Below, piece after piece: positions 1 through 9,739 of a stretch of 49,490 nucleotides of DNA; within the stretch, counting starts at the first letter, position 1; the number at the start of each line of letters is the position of its first letter. The position numbers and the translations under genes were made by a program. Under the pieces are notes generated by a model. It was not told the DNA's origin. It saw only the letters and a program-made list of their open reading frames with translations, and ran no database searches. This stretch comes from Leptolyngbyaceae cyanobacterium (GTDB taxonomy: Bacteria; Cyanobacteriota; Cyanobacteriia; Phormidesmidales; Phormidesmidaceae), in NCBI GenBank assembly GCA_965263355.1, contig CBDHHL010000037.1, forward strand, positions 1 through 49,490. Reading direction: 5' to 3'.

Positions 1-775
1 TTCCTGGAGTGAACCCAACTGATAATGCTGTATGAGTTTCAGTAGCTACATCTACCGATATGGTTTGTGCTGCTGGAGCATCGTTAAACTCGAATAGAGT
101 TAAACCAAAGTGGAAAGTAGATCCGCCAGACCTAGTAACAGTTACGCCAGTAGCAGTATTAGTACTAGAATTACCTACCTGTATACCATATGGAAGTGTT
201 GAATCAGTATCTAGAGCCGACCAATTAGTTGGTGGAGTAGCAAAGCCGGCTACAGGATTAGATTCCTGAATAGCTACATATACTTGATCTCCGGATGGGG
301 CAGAGCCAAATGTAGTAGTTTGATTCGTTAAAGAGGTAGGTGGCGGGTCTAAAGTATAATCTGCTATTTCCTGTGCTATTGGATCAGAAGTGTTATGTCC
401 AGTGACCTCAATAATTACTATACCAAGGCCAGAAAAAACATCTGTTCCACTATCATCAGGATCTATAGTTATTGTTCTAGCAGCGGGAGACGCACCAAAT
501 TGCTGAGTCCAAACATATTGACCCCAAGTATTATCATTAGGACCAATAGTAAACGAATCGCTTTGTGATAAATCAACAGTTCCGCCAGTTCCATCTCTAG
601 CGGTATATGATTCCGCACCACCAGAAATGCCCCAGTCAAATGTATATGGATTATTAGGTGAGCTAGCTGTGCCAACAATTATCCAGAGACTATTAGCGGC
701 AGGAGTTAACGACGCAGAAGATATAGTCTGCGCCGATGTACCTATACTAATTTCTCTAACTGTTGGCGTAGCCAT
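1..775 (-). CDS. N-terminal part of the repeat-fibre/pectate-lyase virion protein; runs off the window start and continues at 49490
   Basis: ATG at 775 (MATPTVREISIG...), open to base 1. It ends AQTISVDVATETHTALSVGFTPG, the same repeat as in 47113-49490, and joins that ORF in frame. Confidence 0.85.
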   Translation of the reverse strand, partial: MATPTVREISIGTSAQTISSASLTPAANSLWIIVGTASSPNNPYTFDWGISGGAESYTARDGTGGTVDLSQSDSFTIGPNDNTWGQYVWTQQFGASPAARTITIDPDDSGTDVFSGLGIVIIEVTGHNTSDPIAQEIADYTLDPPPTSLTNQTTTFGSAPSGDQVYVAIQESNPVAGFATPPTNWSALDTDSTLPYGIQVGNSSTNTATGVTVTRSGGSTFHFGLTLFEFNDAPAAQTISVDVATETHTALSVGFTPG

Positions 776-785
776 ATACTAGAGT

Positions 786-1265
786 TTAGCTGCTCCGCTG
801 ATATCCATTAGTAGCGTCAAAGTCAACATTGACATCGCCGCCATTAGTGGTGCCGACCCAATCATGATGACTCAACGGAACAATATTAGAATCAGTTCCG
901 CCGGTTGAATCAGAATCATAACAGACTAAAAGCTTAGCAGTAGTATTATCAAGAGTACCACCAGCACTAGAGAAAGTCTGATCGGCTATAACAGCATAAT
1001 TCCTATTGTTAGTATCGTCTGTAGTAATAGCAGCGATATCTGAATCAGTAAGAACTATACGAGCATAGTTAGTAAAATCTGCCTCAGTATTACCAGCAGC
1101 AGCTAACAAAGTAGAAAGATCATCATAATCTTCTAAAGTAGCGTCAGCCTCAGCAGCCTTTAAAACAACAATTACAAGAACAGAGTTAGTAGGATCATTA
1201 TCATTGACCCTTTCATGGTACTCTATACCTCTGCCCTTAGATATATTGAAAATTCCATCTGCCAT
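786..1265 (-). CDS. Virion structural protein (head/neck/fibre associated)
   Basis: 159 aa, acidic and beta-rich, tightly packed in the structural operon. Confidence 0.65.
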   Translation of the reverse strand: MADGIFNISKGRGIEYHERVNDNDPTNSVLVIVVLKAAEADATLEDYDDLSTLLAAAGNTEADFTNYARIVLTDSDIAAITTDDTNNRNYAVIADQTFSSAGGTLDNTTAKLLVCYDSDSTGGTDSNIVPLSHHDWVGTTNGGDVNVDFDATNGYQRSS

Positions 1266-1268
1266 TAT

Positions 1269-1523
1269 TTAGTCCTCCTTCGGGAACCCAACAGGAATGT
1301 AATTAGGATCCTCTAAATCTTCGGGAGCAGCAATTAACGAAACCTGAGAACGGTCCTTAATTTCTCGCTTTTCAGCTACACCCTTAGGACCCATACCAAT
1401 TAAATCAATACGCTTTACAGCGTCCGCATCAACTAATCCCTTACGGACATACTCTGGCAAAAGGCACTTTCCATGCCAGCCAGTAGCATCATCCCTATAA
1501 ATTGCTCCGTGAACAAACTCCAT
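1269..1523 (-). CDS. Hypothetical protein
   Basis: 84 aa, AGGAAG SD-like sequence, operon packing. Confidence 0.7.
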   Translation of the reverse strand: MEFVHGAIYRDDATGWHGKCLLPEYVRKGLVDADAVKRIDLIGMGPKGVAEKREIKDRSQVSLIAAPEDLEDPNYIPVGFPKED

Positions 1524-1531
1524 TTTCTTCC

Positions 1532-1879
1532 TTATGATGTGAGTTTATTGGCTATAATTTCAACAGGACCTTCTAGGACAAGTCTATTATCCTCCCAAAA
1601 GGTCCAAATATAACGTCCCTTAGTCAACAATGCCGTTACTGAATTAGACATTGTTAACTGAAAGGTCCCCTGAGCGAGGTCTACAGCATTAACAACAAAT
1701 TCTGCTATAGATGCCCCGCCCGGGGGACCAATTTTAGCTGTGTAATTTCGACCCGTAACATTAACGCCGCTTTCGTCGCTAGGGTCTAATACGGATACAG
1801 GAATGACAATGGCCTGACCAGCCATAAATCGGAGAGGGATTCTCTCACCAATTAAGTCTATCTGGTCGACCCTTGCCAT
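1532..1879 (-). CDS. Small beta-sandwich virion protein (BppU-N/LtfC-like adaptor)
   Basis: VTGRNYTAKI...GTFQLTMSNSVTALL.KGRYIW pattern typical of fibre-attachment proteins. Confidence 0.5.
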   Translation of the reverse strand: MARVDQIDLIGERIPLRFMAGQAIVIPVSVLDPSDESGVNVTGRNYTAKIGPPGGASIAEFVVNAVDLAQGTFQLTMSNSVTALLTKGRYIWTFWEDNRLVLEGPVEIIANKLTS

Positions 1880-1883
1880 TTAC

Positions 1884-2105
1884 CTATTCTCCCTCTGTAG
1901 AAGTGCCTTCGCTTGAATCCTCTTCGTCCTCTACAACTAAAGGCTCGGGATTCTCTACAGCATTACGGTCAAAAGCAACAATAGCACCACTAGCAACTAA
2001 TTCCTTAGCAACCTCAGTGGGAAGCATACTCCTACTAATCTTAGTACCAGCAGGAATTCTCTCGCCATTGCGCTTAATATCTGTAAACGCATACATATCA
2101 GCCAT
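1884..2105 (-). CDS. Small head-associated protein
   Basis: 73 aa directly after the major capsid gene; AGGAG SD; acidic tail. Confidence 0.7.
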   Translation of the reverse strand: MADMYAFTDIKRNGERIPAGTKISRSMLPTEVAKELVASGAIVAFDRNAVENPEPLVVEDEEDSSEGTSTEGE

Positions 2106-2116
2106 AAATTATCTCC

Positions 2117-3115
2117 TTAAGCGACTGCGGCCTTAATAATATAGCCAGCAGTGGACAAACCGCTTCCATCGACAGCAACGTGCTTAATATCAAAACGATG
2201 CGAGACTCGAACCACATCCGACTTTCGAGCCTCATCACGCCAACGGGTAACCTGACGCCTTGGACCAGAAGCCGAACCGTAATTCCAGCTAAACTCATAG
2301 CCATAAGCAGGAGTCTTAAGACCCGCACGAGGCGGAACATAAGCTAAAACAACGTCCTTACCCCAAATATAAGCAAGTGACTCAGTCTGGCCAGGATTAG
2401 CAGTGTTATAACCAGCACCAGGAACAATTACATCATCAAGTCCAAGCACAGCAGCGATAATCTCACGAGTGAGAACACCACGCTCGGAATACTTAATACG
2501 CTCGATGATATCGGTATGATCCTCAAGCTGAGACATTACCTCATAAGGCATAACCGACTTGTTGACACGACGGAAAAGAACCGAATGGATCTTATCTCGG
2601 CCAACCTTAATGTCGTCCTTAGGATCTGAATTAGCATAATCACTCCACTGATCAGTACCAGAAAGAGTAGTAGAGTGACCAGAAGCATAATTAGCAGCGG
2701 TCGTAGCCAGGGAATGGATAATAAGTTCCTTACCCAGCATGAGCTTTTCAGTAACTAAATCAGTGGCATCACGGCGAGGCGCCAAAGGCGAATCGACATT
2801 CTGAACCTCTTCATCGGTAACGAAAGCCTGCAAAGCTCGCTCAAGAGCAAAATAAGGATTAGTCGAAACTGTCATACCATCAATCTCAGTAGCGACCGCA
2901 CCCGGCGCCCTAAGAGTATTATCGGTACCAGCATCGATTTCAGGAGTCCAGCCCTCACGACCATGAATGTAATAAAGGTCAGACTGCTTATTAACTCCAA
3001 CCGAAGGGAAAAGCATTTCCCCAACGAAATCCTCATTCTGATAACCGACTGAGACGTTAGTCAGAAGCTTATCAATATGAGTATTTCCGCCGCCAGCGGT
3101 ATCATAAACTGCCAT
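2117..3115 (-). CDS. Major capsid protein (lambda gpE-like family)
   Basis: 332 aa with LTNVSVGY, LFPSVGV, QWSDYANSDP and YIWGKDVVLAYV motifs; GGAGG SD; position in the head module. Confidence 0.92.
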   Translation of the reverse strand: MAVYDTAGGGNTHIDKLLTNVSVGYQNEDFVGEMLFPSVGVNKQSDLYYIHGREGWTPEIDAGTDNTLRAPGAVATEIDGMTVSTNPYFALERALQAFVTDEEVQNVDSPLAPRRDATDLVTEKLMLGKELIIHSLATTAANYASGHSTTLSGTDQWSDYANSDPKDDIKVGRDKIHSVLFRRVNKSVMPYEVMSQLEDHTDIIERIKYSERGVLTREIIAAVLGLDDVIVPGAGYNTANPGQTESLAYIWGKDVVLAYVPPRAGLKTPAYGYEFSWNYGSASGPRRQVTRWRDEARKSDVVRVSHRFDIKHVAVDGSGLSTAGYIIKAAVA

Positions 3116-3132
3116 TTATATAACCTCCTAAA

Positions 3133-3513
3133 TTAAGCTAACGGATTACCGTTAGGCAGCAGTAAGACAACAAACTGGTCATTAGCAACGGCAGCCATAG
3201 TCGCCATACCAATAACGTAATCACCAGACGCAGCAGTCATTAAAGTACCAGTAGCGGTGACTGTTAAAAGAGCACCGGCAGCAATATTACCGCCAGCAAT
3301 AGCATAAGAATAACCAATAGAGCGAACAGCTAGCTGACGCTGATTAGTAGCATCACCAGCAGTAGCGCCCTCCTGAGCAATACCAAAACAAAACTCACCC
3401 TGGCTATCAGCGACATTAAGAGTATTATCGCCATTCAACTTAACTGCATACTGCTTGGTAATAGCCTCACCAGCAGTATAGCTCATATCACCAATGTTCA
3501 TGGGACCAGCCAT
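3133..3513 (-). CDS. Capsid cement/decoration protein (DUF2190-like)
   Basis: 126 aa, Ala/Gly-rich, between scaffold and major capsid genes. Confidence 0.8.
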   Translation of the reverse strand: MAGPMNIGDMSYTAGEAITKQYAVKLNGDNTLNVADSQGEFCFGIAQEGATAGDATNQRQLAVRSIGYSYAIAGGNIAAGALLTVTATGTLMTAASGDYVIGMATMAAVANDQFVVLLLPNGNPLA

Positions 3514-4691
3514 TAGACATTACCTCCAATCGACTCATTCTCATAAGCTTGCCAAAGCTCTGAGTTAGTCTCACTTAAATGGACAGCAGCATCACCATAA
3601 GTCATAGCGTTATCGCCACTAGTAAGCTTGGCAATCTCAGCGTCCCAAACCTCAGTAGCACTCTTGCCACCGAGATCAATAGGATCAGTCTTGCCACCAG
3701 TCTCACCCAACTTAATAATGGCATCATCGCCAGTTAAGACAGACTCAGCAAACTTATAAACTAAATCAGCAGCAGCCGGATCGAGCTTAAGCATCAAATC
3801 GCCAAGAGCCTTAGTAACAGCAGGCGAATACTTAGTGTGATCATCACCAAGCTCACTAAGCTTAACCCTAATATGGTTACGATTAGCGACTGACTCAATC
3901 TTCTCCATACGATCAGCAAGAGCCTTATTATCGCTAAGAAGCTTAGCAATTTCAGGATGCTGCTCGGCCAGAGTAGCTAATTCCTTATCTTCCTCGGAAG
4001 TAGCTTCCTCTGCCTCTTCTTCGGTCTCTTCCTCTTCCACCTCATCCTCGGTAGAATTATCCTCTTCGCTGGCATCATTTACCAGCTTAAGAAGATCATC
4101 ATCCGAAGTCTTATCAGTGAAAGTAATACCTAACTTCTTTGCAAGCTTCTCCAAAAGCTCACGATCCATACTGGAACCTTCCTCACTTAAAGTTAACGGT
4201 TGTATACCTTTCAAAAACGGTCTATTAGTTAATGCACCTCCTAAAAGGACATCATTAAACACTATCTTAGATAACGGATGTTCCCATAAATTAACGAACT
4301 CAGGACTGAAATAGCGATATTCTCTACTCTTGACAGACTTAGCTGCTGCTTCTGTTAAATTAACTAATAACCATAAACCATCTTTACCTCTATTTGCAGC
4401 CTTCTCGATCCAGCCAGCAGCTTTTCCTACTGTATGATCATAATTAATATCTAAGTCTTGGCCTCGAATACCTGTATTAACTTGCTCAGTGTAATGCTGT
4501 ACCCTAGCCTCATCGACATGAATTTTCCCATGCCTAGGATGCTTATAGTTTCCAAGCGGGAAAGCCTGTAACCAAATCCTAGTATCATCAACCCATTCAG
4601 CTAAATTAGCTTCATCAGTTAAATCAACCAGATAATGGACTGAAACAGTCTCAGTATCCGATAATTTGACTATCTCATCGTGAGTTACCAC
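3513..4691 (-). CDS. Mu gpI-like prohead protease with C-terminal scaffold
   Basis: INYDH...AAGWI, EYRYFSPEF and ALTNRPFL motifs; acidic helical C-terminal half. Confidence 0.9.
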   Translation of the reverse strand: MVTHDEIVKLSDTETVSVHYLVDLTDEANLAEWVDDTRIWLQAFPLGNYKHPRHGKIHVDEARVQHYTEQVNTGIRGQDLDINYDHTVGKAAGWIEKAANRGKDGLWLLVNLTEAAAKSVKSREYRYFSPEFVNLWEHPLSKIVFNDVLLGGALTNRPFLKGIQPLTLSEEGSSMDRELLEKLAKKLGITFTDKTSDDDLLKLVNDASEEDNSTEDEVEEEETEEEAEEATSEEDKELATLAEQHPEIAKLLSDNKALADRMEKIESVANRNHIRVKLSELGDDHTKYSPAVTKALGDLMLKLDPAAADLVYKFAESVLTGDDAIIKLGETGGKTDPIDLGGKSATEVWDAEIAKLTSGDNAMTYGDAAVHLSETNSELWQAYENESIGGNV

Positions 4692-6144
4692 TAGGCGCCC
4701 CTTCTTTTCTACTTGGACCTATTTTCTGGTTACCAGCGGTACTTTGTTTAGGCTGTTGCGGTGCTGCAACTTCCCTAGTTGTATTAGTATCTGCCGCTGG
4801 AGCGTCAATAGTTTCTCTAGCCCATTGCTCTAAACGATCATCTGGCTTAATAACACCAGCGCCAATGTAATTTCTAAGCGAGAAACTAAGGTCTCTAGCC
4901 TCGCTAACATCGCCAAGCTTGCGAACTTTAAGCTGAGGATATTCTTCTACCCCTAGCCAATTGAAATTGACCATTTGAGGTATAACGAAACTGTTCATTA
5001 CAAGAGCCATTTCTTCGGCTAACTGGCGAGTGCTCTTGTAAAATATTTCCTGTGCTTGCTCAGCGTCCGAAGATGTTACGCCGAAATTACTTCCCCACAT
5101 AGCCTGAGCTAATACATTCTGATAGATCATCTTATTGTGATGATCAGCAGTTTCTAATGCGCTTACAGGTTCTCCCTCAAGCTTAAGGAACATTAATTCC
5201 CAACCAGCAGGAAGAACTGCATAAGCTTTTTCATTGACCCTAAGATTTCTAGCTAAATTAATAGCATCTGTTCTATCTTTGGTCTTAGCTCCAAAAGGCA
5301 ATACGACAATCGGTATACCTATACCATGTCGCTCTTTCTGAATAGCGTCGATCTTGTAAGCATTTTCCTTAAAATACCAATGCTTATAAGCACTACGCAG
5401 AACAGAATTACCAGTTATATCACCAGCTTCACCATCGAAAGTGAAGATGGCCAACTTATCTATAGGAATATAAACATGATCTGACTGACCCTCAGCATCA
5501 TATAAATGTACCCCTAAAGGCCCACCATTAGCGTCAAATGCCCATTCTTCAACATCCATAGGATGCCTAGCAGCTAATTTCTTAAGAACAGCTCTAGGCT
5601 CACCGTTTACAATACGGATATCCCATACCTTCTCGAACATATAGAAACCTAAGTCAAGGCTGACTAAAGCTTCTCTGAGAATTGAGCGCCATACATAAGT
5701 CATGCCACGGAATAAATTCCATGACACGAACTCAGCTATTTCTATATCTAATGGAGTCTCGTTAGCCGCTTCAACGAACCACGTTGCACCTGTAATAGGA
5801 GTTTTTAAAGTCCTAAGTGAACCTCGAACAGTAGAGTCAGTTTTCCGCATACGATCATAAAGTTTTAATCCTTCTATACCTCTAAGCTTAGGATTAAACT
5901 CTTCTCGCATGTAAGAAGTCCATTGACTTCTAGTAGTTCCTAACTCTGGACCTAACCTCTCATTTAATTCAGTAGCTATAACTCCATCTTCATGTAAAGT
6001 TACATCATGAGTTGTAGAGAGGTTAGATAAGAACTTAGGAAGGTCAGAGGAGCTAAGAACAATGTCAGAGCCAACACCCGATGAGTCGGCGGTGGAATCG
6101 GTGGCCTGTCCTGTACTGGATAATGCCCAGTCTTCGATTCCCAT
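4675..6144 (-). CDS. Portal protein (DUF935/Mu gp29-like); start codon uncertain
   Basis: GNSVLRSAYKHW.FK, ERHGIGIP and LAQ motifs; follows terminase. Confidence 0.9.
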   Translation of the reverse strand: MGIEDWALSSTGQATDSTADSSGVGSDIVLSSSDLPKFLSNLSTTHDVTLHEDGVIATELNERLGPELGTTRSQWTSYMREEFNPKLRGIEGLKLYDRMRKTDSTVRGSLRTLKTPITGATWFVEAANETPLDIEIAEFVSWNLFRGMTYVWRSILREALVSLDLGFYMFEKVWDIRIVNGEPRAVLKKLAARHPMDVEEWAFDANGGPLGVHLYDAEGQSDHVYIPIDKLAIFTFDGEAGDITGNSVLRSAYKHWYFKENAYKIDAIQKERHGIGIPIVVLPFGAKTKDRTDAINLARNLRVNEKAYAVLPAGWELMFLKLEGEPVSALETADHHNKMIYQNVLAQAMWGSNFGVTSSDAEQAQEIFYKSTRQLAEEMALVMNSFVIPQMVNFNWLGVEEYPQLKVRKLGDVSEARDLSFSLRNYIGAGVIKPDDRLEQWARETIDAPAADTNTTREVAAPQQPKQSTAGNQKIGPSRKEGAPSGNSR

Positions 6145-6287
6145 TCAACTATTCCTCCGCATTCCGAACAATAAAGAGTACTATTTATATCTACCATAGG
6201 CGTTTCACAACAATATGTTGAGTTACACTTGGTACAATAAAGAGTCTCTCCAATAGTTATTAATCGCACATCACAACAAGTCAGCAT
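6000..6287 (-). CDS. Cys-rich zinc-ribbon protein overlapping the portal 5' end
   Basis: Two similar CC...TLYCxxC units; fills the terL-portal gap. Confidence 0.55.
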   Translation of the reverse strand: MLTCCDVRLITIGETLYCTKCNSTYCCETPMVDINSTLYCSECGGIVEWESKTGHYPVQDRPPIPPPTHRVLALTLFLAPLTFLSSYLTSLQLMM

Positions 6288-6314
6288 AATCCTTAGTGTG
6301 CCCGCACCAAAGAT

Positions 6315-7805
6315 TTAAAACATCATAGAATCTAAGTCACCGAAAATTTCGCCGTCCCCTGAACCTACGGACCACAGAGGGGAGAGGCTATCTTCCGATT
6401 CATAATTATTAACCGCAGCTACTTCACGATCTGTAGGTATAATTATGTCGGGAGTAGTTACATCCATTTCATCTAAGATAGAGCCTAGTGGTTCATAAAC
6501 TCCTATCTTATAGAGCTGCATTAACGCATATCGAATAGCATCTAATGTATGGTCATCGATCTTCTGTGGTAATTCAGCAGGACTACTTACCTTAGTACCA
6601 GGCTTGCCTTTGTAGTTATTGAACTCTCGAATAACGTTAGGGCAATTGGCATCTACTATTAATCCAGGCTGACCTTCTGCAGGAGTCCCATACTCATCAA
6701 TAACATCATCAGATGGCCTAGACTTAATGAATGTATTGACTAAGTCGATTCCATCTCGCCAATTCTCTTTAGCCTTAGGATCGCCTATGCATTCAACTAA
6801 TTCTAAAGTGATTTGTCGACAAGCGGCTGGATCTGCTGCATCTCCGAACCCTAAATCTAAATGGTAACCAACCGGCTGTTCTCTAGATTTAAGTATTGCA
6901 ATGTGCTCACCGATAGTTAAATGACTCTTGTAGTGCTCTCGCCAGATCCTAATTTGATCATCTGGAGTCACTTGGAACTCTACAGCAGCAAGCGGATTAG
7001 TAAATCCAAAGTCAAATGCTATATAGTTCGGTAAGCTAGGATTAAATCGCAAATTCTGTACGTGAGTTTCTTCGTTGAACTCAGCGTAAATCTTGCCTAC
7101 GAAGCTAGTAAAGTCAGCGCCGATTTCCTGATCAAATTCCTCTTTCGTCATTGTTCGACGAAGAAGCTCTATTTCAGGGTCATTTATCCCGCCAGGATAG
7201 ATAGCTTCATTTTCCCAGCTAGGGAACTGCCAACTAGCATAATCTTTGTAGTCATCATTCTGACCTAACAAGTAAATGTCATGTAGCCAGTTCTGACCTT
7301 CTGGAGTACTAGGGAAATCAGCCGTTCCACGCCTATCAGCTAAAGCCGGTCGAACGTACCTATCCCAAGTCTCTTTCTTATGCTTAGCCGCTTCACTCAT
7401 TATTACATGGTCGAGTGATTCACCAACTAAGTTTTCTGGCCGATCAGCGGTTCTAACTTCTAATCTAGCCTGCCAAGGGAACTCGATATACATATTCCCT
7501 TGTTTGATGTTATAAGCTTTCTTGACTTTCTTGTGCTGACCTAACTTTTTGGTGATAATTAGATCATTCCATATGACTCGGAACTCTTTTTCTCCCAAGT
7601 CATAAGTAGGACCGATAATCCAAGTACGTCGGCCAGGAATCAATAAGTTAGGTTCTTCATCTCGGCCTGCCATCACAGATTTGCCGAATCGGCGCCCACA
7701 TATAGGAGCCTTAAACCTAGCCTTTGACTTATGATATAACGCTTGCTTAGGGTGCGGTTTATATCCTATTACTTGGAACCAAGCTGCTTTCCCTGGTGTT
7801 TTCAT
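6315..7805 (-). CDS. terL: Terminase large subunit
   Basis: CGRRFGKS Walker A, VIMSEAA Walker B, STP, AFDFGFTNP nuclease, DDHTLDAIRY. Confidence 0.95.
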   Translation of the reverse strand: MKTPGKAAWFQVIGYKPHPKQALYHKSKARFKAPICGRRFGKSVMAGRDEEPNLLIPGRRTWIIGPTYDLGEKEFRVIWNDLIITKKLGQHKKVKKAYNIKQGNMYIEFPWQARLEVRTADRPENLVGESLDHVIMSEAAKHKKETWDRYVRPALADRRGTADFPSTPEGQNWLHDIYLLGQNDDYKDYASWQFPSWENEAIYPGGINDPEIELLRRTMTKEEFDQEIGADFTSFVGKIYAEFNEETHVQNLRFNPSLPNYIAFDFGFTNPLAAVEFQVTPDDQIRIWREHYKSHLTIGEHIAILKSREQPVGYHLDLGFGDAADPAACRQITLELVECIGDPKAKENWRDGIDLVNTFIKSRPSDDVIDEYGTPAEGQPGLIVDANCPNVIREFNNYKGKPGTKVSSPAELPQKIDDHTLDAIRYALMQLYKIGVYEPLGSILDEMDVTTPDIIIPTDREVAAVNNYESEDSLSPLWSVGSGDGEIFGDLDSMMF

Positions 7806-7814
7806 AGGATATTA

Positions 7815-8111
7815 CTACCCGCCAAGAGCGTTTGTTATATCAGATAAAAGAGCCTCAATAGGATCTTCATCGCCGACCCCGTTACCAGAACCACAGACCC
7901 GATCCACAATATACTTAGAGGCATCGAACTTAATTCGCTCATTCAAGCCGTTTGTAGCTAGGTCAATAATTGAATAGACAGCAGCAGGGAGTGCTTGAGC
8001 AAATTGCGCCTTTGCAAGTGCTTTTGCATCCATCGCATGAAGATCGGCAAACGCAATATCTGCATCTGCCAATTCTTCTATCGCTGCAAAGTCCTGGTCG
8101 TCGGGCGACAT
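7815..8111 (-). CDS. terS: Probable terminase small subunit; leaderless, start revised to 8111
   Basis: Helical ERIKFDASKYIVDR motif; directly upstream of terL; ATG 6 nt after a -10 box. Confidence 0.65.
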   Translation of the reverse strand: MSPDDQDFAAIEELADADIAFADLHAMDAKALAKAQFAQALPAAVYSIIDLATNGLNERIKFDASKYIVDRVCGSGNGVGDEDPIEALLSDITNALGG

Positions 8112-8117
8112 AGCACG

Positions 8118-8146
8118 ATCATACGTAGAGGTCAAGAGATAGTCAA
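8118..8146 (-). promoter_or_regulatory. Sigma70/SigA-type promoter of the packaging/structural operon
   Basis: TTGACT-17 nt-TATGAT-6 nt-ATG on the minus strand. Confidence 0.75.
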
Positions 8147-8153
8147 GGTAATG

Positions 8154-8185
8154 GAGGTGACTTACAACTATATAGAGGTGACTTA
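8154..8185. repeat. 11-bp direct repeat GAGGTGACTTA x2, candidate operator
   Basis: Exact copies at 8154-8164 and 8175-8185 (21-bp period), just upstream of the -35 box. Confidence 0.6.
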
Positions 8186-9087
8186 TCAAATGATCTAAGC
8201 GAATGGTAAAATGGAGATTACACCCGATTTTGTGCTTTATTGGAAGAGATACCTACCGTAAACAAACCAATATTAGCATGGTATAATTAATATAGTTACT
8301 AATACATATGAAGTAAATAAAATAAAGTAAATAAAGCTAACTTAACTCTCTTAATTAATCTAACATAACACACTAAATGAAGTCAAGTAAATCAAGAAAA
8401 TAAAGACAACCTAACTCGCCGGCTCCAGAGCAGCAGCAGACCACAGGGCAGGGGAGAGTGTACTAATGTATGTACCTAAATAGCTTTATTAAAGCCAATG
8501 CTTACAGCGATTAGGATTAATAGCGCAATGTCCAATAACGTAGCTTGACAGTGGAATGACAAGCGTGTAGTTGCGTACCGTATCGTACCCATGTCTGCAT
8601 ATAAGCATCTGATTACCACTAAGCATTGCGTACATATGCGACCTCTATACACGTAATACTCACATGCAACGTATTAGCATTATCTTCAACTGCGTTGCAA
8701 GGTCAACACCATTACGCAGCCTATTACCATATACCTTTCATGCATTACATACACTCATTCAGTGTTACCAACACATTTTTCCAACGAAGCTTCTGCGTAT
8801 CTTCTGGTCATATAGCCATGATCCATAACACTCTAGTACTCTATTACAGTCCAACAAACGTACTGTCTACTAACGTATATGGACAGTGTTATCTAATTAC
8901 ACAGTGTTATAAGACTACAGTATACATACGTAGTATACTCATATCTCTATATACACTAGTATATGTATAATATATATTACTCTCTATTGTATTAGGAAAG
9001 TGTTTTGAGAATGAGCGAGAATATGTAATCTCTATCGCTATCATCATTCGTAAGCAAATCACTTTATTAGCAATTTAAAAATAGTGT

Positions 9088-9116
9088 TTGACAATTAATT
9101 ACACACGTACTAAGAT
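9088..9116 (+). promoter_or_regulatory. Early promoter P1 (leaderless)
   Basis: A-tract, TTGACA-17-TAAGAT-7-ATG (9124). Confidence 0.8.
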
Positions 9117-9123
9117 ACTCACT

Positions 9124-9333
9124 ATGAATCTTCTCCTTACACACGTAGCGGCATTCACCATCGCTTTCTTCACTCCTTGCCAATACGAAGATAGTAATAA
9201 CTGTCACTTCATCGATCAGACCGATGACAGTCACGAAACCACGAACCAAATCATTACCGACGACCAAGTCAATTGGATAACCGTCGACCACCCCACTACC
9301 TCAGACCCAATCATCGTTTTCTACTACAGCTAA
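9124..9333 (+). CDS. Small membrane/secreted early protein (PCxxEDSxNC type)
   Basis: Hydrophobic N-terminus then PCQYEDSNNC, a motif seen in small actinophage proteins. Confidence 0.7.
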   Translation: MNLLLTHVAAFTIAFFTPCQYEDSNNCHFIDQTDDSHETTNQIITDDQVNWITVDHPTTSDPIIVFYYS

Positions 9334-9398
9334 CCACGAACCAACGAACCACACAATCCACACACGAACCACCCAAACAAGAAAAATTAGAAAATCCG

Positions 9399-9427
9399 TT
9401 GACACATCCTACGATCTGTGTTAATCT
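9399..9427 (+). promoter_or_regulatory. Early promoter P2
   Basis: TTGACA-17-TAATCT with upstream A-tracts. Confidence 0.8.
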
Positions 9428-9480
9428 ATTACCAATCAAGAAAACGAACACCAACCCACCAACCAACTAGGGGAAACCAA

Positions 9481-9657
9481 ATGCGTGACTACACTTACAC
9501 TTTGATCGCCATTTACGACGACCAGCTCACTAACGAAACCGTTACTGTTGACCTTAAGGGATCGGACGATTTGGAAGAATTGATTGAGGATAGGGATCGC
9601 ATCCGCCCTACTCTCCGGGACAATGTTACTTTGTACATCATCGTTAATAACCTCTAA
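9481..9657 (+). CDS. Hypothetical early protein (58 aa)
   Basis: AGGGGA SD, MRDYTY start. Confidence 0.75.
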   Translation: MRDYTYTLIAIYDDQLTNETVTVDLKGSDDLEELIEDRDRIRPTLRDNVTLYIIVNNL

Positions 9658-9665
9658 GCCATAAA

Positions 9666-9716
9666 GCCAAATCAGTAACCAAGCTGCGATAGGGTGCGAA
9701 GCCCTTTTTGGCACTA
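9666..9716 (+). ncRNA. tRNA-like (acceptor + T-arm) element, copy 1
   Basis: GCCAAA/TTTGGC stem stacked on AGGG-TGCGAAG-CCCT, ending ACTA. Confidence 0.5.
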
Positions 9717-9739
9717 GCAAATCAACCAAAGGGAATCAA

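Noticed and set aside
8545..8573. TTGACA promoter in the non-coding region
   Set aside because: -10 box (TAGTTG) is poor and there is no credible downstream gene
8626..8970. 114-aa ORF
   Set aside because: TTG start, no SD, low-complexity TA-rich composition; likely spurious
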